DNA from: Candidatus Micrarchaeota archaeon CG_4_10_14_0_2_um_filter_60_11
GTDB lineage: Archaea; Micrarchaeota; Micrarchaeia; Norongarragalinales; Norongarragalinaceae
Reading direction: 5' to 3'
Assembly (NCBI GenBank): GCA_002792915.1
Contig: PFPF01000034.1
Span: 1 to 41,447, forward strand
Length of the DNA stretch: 41,447 nt
Shown here: positions 40,396 through 41,447 of the stretch, in pieces
How the letters are laid out: the number at the start of each line of letters is the position of its first letter
Position numbering within the stretch: the first letter of the stretch is position 1
Program-made: the position numbers and the translations under genes
The notes under the pieces: generated by a model
Told to the model about the DNA's origin: nothing
The model's input: the letters and a program-made list of their open reading frames with translations, nothing else
Databases searched by the model: none

Positions 40396-41232
40396 ATGCG
40401 GGGGCAGTTGAGCGTCGAATTCTTCATGGTCCTGTCGCTAATCCTGGCGCTCGCCGTGATACTGTACGCGGGCACCGCGTCCCAAGTTTCCCAAGCCCGC
40501 GAGTTGGACAAGTCCGTCCTGTCGAAAGCCCTGGTGGAGGGCGTCGCGCAGGCGGCGCGCCAAACTTGGTTCGAAGGCAACGCGTCCAGCCGCTCGGTCG
40601 ACGCGTTCGTCCCGTCGGGGGCGAACTGCCTTTACTTCAATTACTCTTCCCGCGAGTTGTACTGCTCCGCGCCCGCGGGGTTCGTTTCCGCGCCGGCTTA
40701 CGCAGTCGTAAACGCCTCCAACTGTTCGACGCCGCTCGCCGCGGGTTGGATGCACTTCGAGGTTCACAGCGACGGCGCGCGCGTCTGGGTGAACTGTTCC
40801 GTGCGTTCCGCCGCGGCCGCTTCGGTCGTTCCGCCCGCGGAAGGCTGGGAGAGCGGGTCGCACCTGTCGCTGGAAGGCATATCCTCGCCCGTGATTTCAA
40901 CGCGCGCGGCTGTTGCCGCGTTGCTGGTGAAGGACGGCGCCGTTTCCTGCGACTCCTCGGCGGTGCTCCTCGTTTCGTTCAACGGCTCGGCGCCCGTCGA
41001 GTATGCGCCCGTGTCGTGCGCGGCAGGGCGGCACGAGTTCGAGGTGGATTCGGCGGCGCGCGGCTTTTACGAAGTCGAGGCGTTGGCGGGCGGGCTTTCG
41101 GCGACCGCGTCGTTCAGTTCGGCGGGCTCGCGGCCCGTCGTGACGCCCGACTTGCCGCCGGTGGTTGCGGTTTTAATAGCGTTGCTTGCATTCGCTTGTT
41201 TGGAGAGACGGAAGAATTGGCGCGCGACTTGA
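40396..41232 (+). CDS. Archaeal type IV pilin-like protein (class III signal peptide) with an additional C-terminal TM anchor
   Basis: 'MRGQLSVEFFMVLSLILALAVILYAG' (basic-Gly|Gln, Glu at +5, hydrophobic helix). About 6 NxS/T sequons. C-terminus 'LPPVVAVLIALLAFACLERRKNWRAT'. The track start at 40384 is a GTG. Confidence 0.65.
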   Translation: MRGQLSVEFFMVLSLILALAVILYAGTASQVSQARELDKSVLSKALVEGVAQAARQTWFEGNASSRSVDAFVPSGANCLYFNYSSRELYCSAPAGFVSAPAYAVVNASNCSTPLAAGWMHFEVHSDGARVWVNCSVRSAAAASVVPPAEGWESGSHLSLEGISSPVISTRAAVAALLVKDGAVSCDSSAVLLVSFNGSAPVEYAPVSCAAGRHEFEVDSAARGFYEVEALAGGLSATASFSSAGSRPVVTPDLPPVVAVLIALLAFACLERRKNWRAT

Positions 41233-41447
41233 GGGAACTGAAGAAGGCCGTGGTCGAGCGCGAGCAGGAAGTGGACTTGAAGGGCATAGTCAAGCGCCTG
41301 CGGCGCGGCTCTGACGAGCGCGTCAAGCACGAGCCCAGCAGCCGCGTGAGCGCAATCGCCAGCAGCCTGACGGGCGAGTCGTACGGCGAGTCGCCGGACT
41401 TCGAGAAAACCGACTTGAGCGAAATCAAGACGGGGCCCATGGCGCTG
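41229..41447 (+). CDS. Partial ORF (5' end only, runs off the window); charged, coiled-coil-like
   Basis: The frame is open from a TTG at 41229 (TTGA overlap with the pilin-like stop; alternative TTG at 41217) to the window end: 'RELKKAVVEREQEVDLKGIVKRLRRGSDERVKH...'. It is not in the supplied track because it has no stop. Confidence 0.3.
   Translation, partial: MRELKKAVVEREQEVDLKGIVKRLRRGSDERVKHEPSSRVSAIASSLTGESYGESPDFEKTDLSEIKTGPMAL

Noticed and set aside
1-41447. Search for CRISPR arrays, rRNA genes, transposases, integrases, toxin-antitoxin or known defence cassettes
   Set aside because: No regularly spaced direct repeats were seen, no rRNA-like stretches, and no DDE/tyrosine-recombinase or defence-system signature motifs in any credible ORF. 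HerA/NurA here are in their housekeeping Mre11-Rad50 context.

Overview
This is a high-GC (roughly 60-65% by eye), very gene-dense archaeal chromosomal segment with about 50 genes. All family assignments come from motifs read in the supplied translations and sequence; no database search was possible.

Archaeal origin is supported by several features:
- Marker genes: Hjc resolvase, Pth2, archaeal DnaG, HerA/NurA, LonB, exosome Csl4, Ogg2 and a geranylgeranyl reductase.
- tRNA introns and a class III (pilin) signal peptide.
- TATA boxes about 25-30 nt upstream of starts or tRNA 5' ends.
- Many 4-nt start/stop overlaps (ATGA/GTGA/TTGA).

Main content, in window order:
- A nurA-herA-mre11-rad50 operon.
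- A head-to-head joint of two 5'-truncated genes: a membrane protein and a CopA-type P-type ATPase.
- asnS, pth2, hjc, a CBS protein, and a small Toprim protein followed by dnaG.
- A protease-less Lon-like AAA+ ATPase.
- RNase Z.
- A LonB gene that stops inside an intein.
- A secreted M64-like metallopeptidase.
- A cold-shock protein.
- A lower-GC islet with a free-standing LAGLIDADG endonuclease, lying between an orphan tRNA 3' half and an intron-containing tRNA-Leu.
- A PAC2 proteasome chaperone.
- A Tad/type-IV-pilus-like ATPase plus two platform genes.
- uppS, ogg and a geranylgeranyl reductase (GGR).
- A glycosylation / sugar-nucleotide cluster.
- leuS, tRNA-Ser (with intron), csl4, and tRNA-Arg with a duplicated 3' end.
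- A pilin-like protein.

Most interesting observations:
- A candidate naturally split intein in LonB.
- The tRNA / homing-endonuclease mosaic.
- The zinc-ribbon Lon paralogue.

Many long antisense ORFs in the track are GC-driven artefacts.
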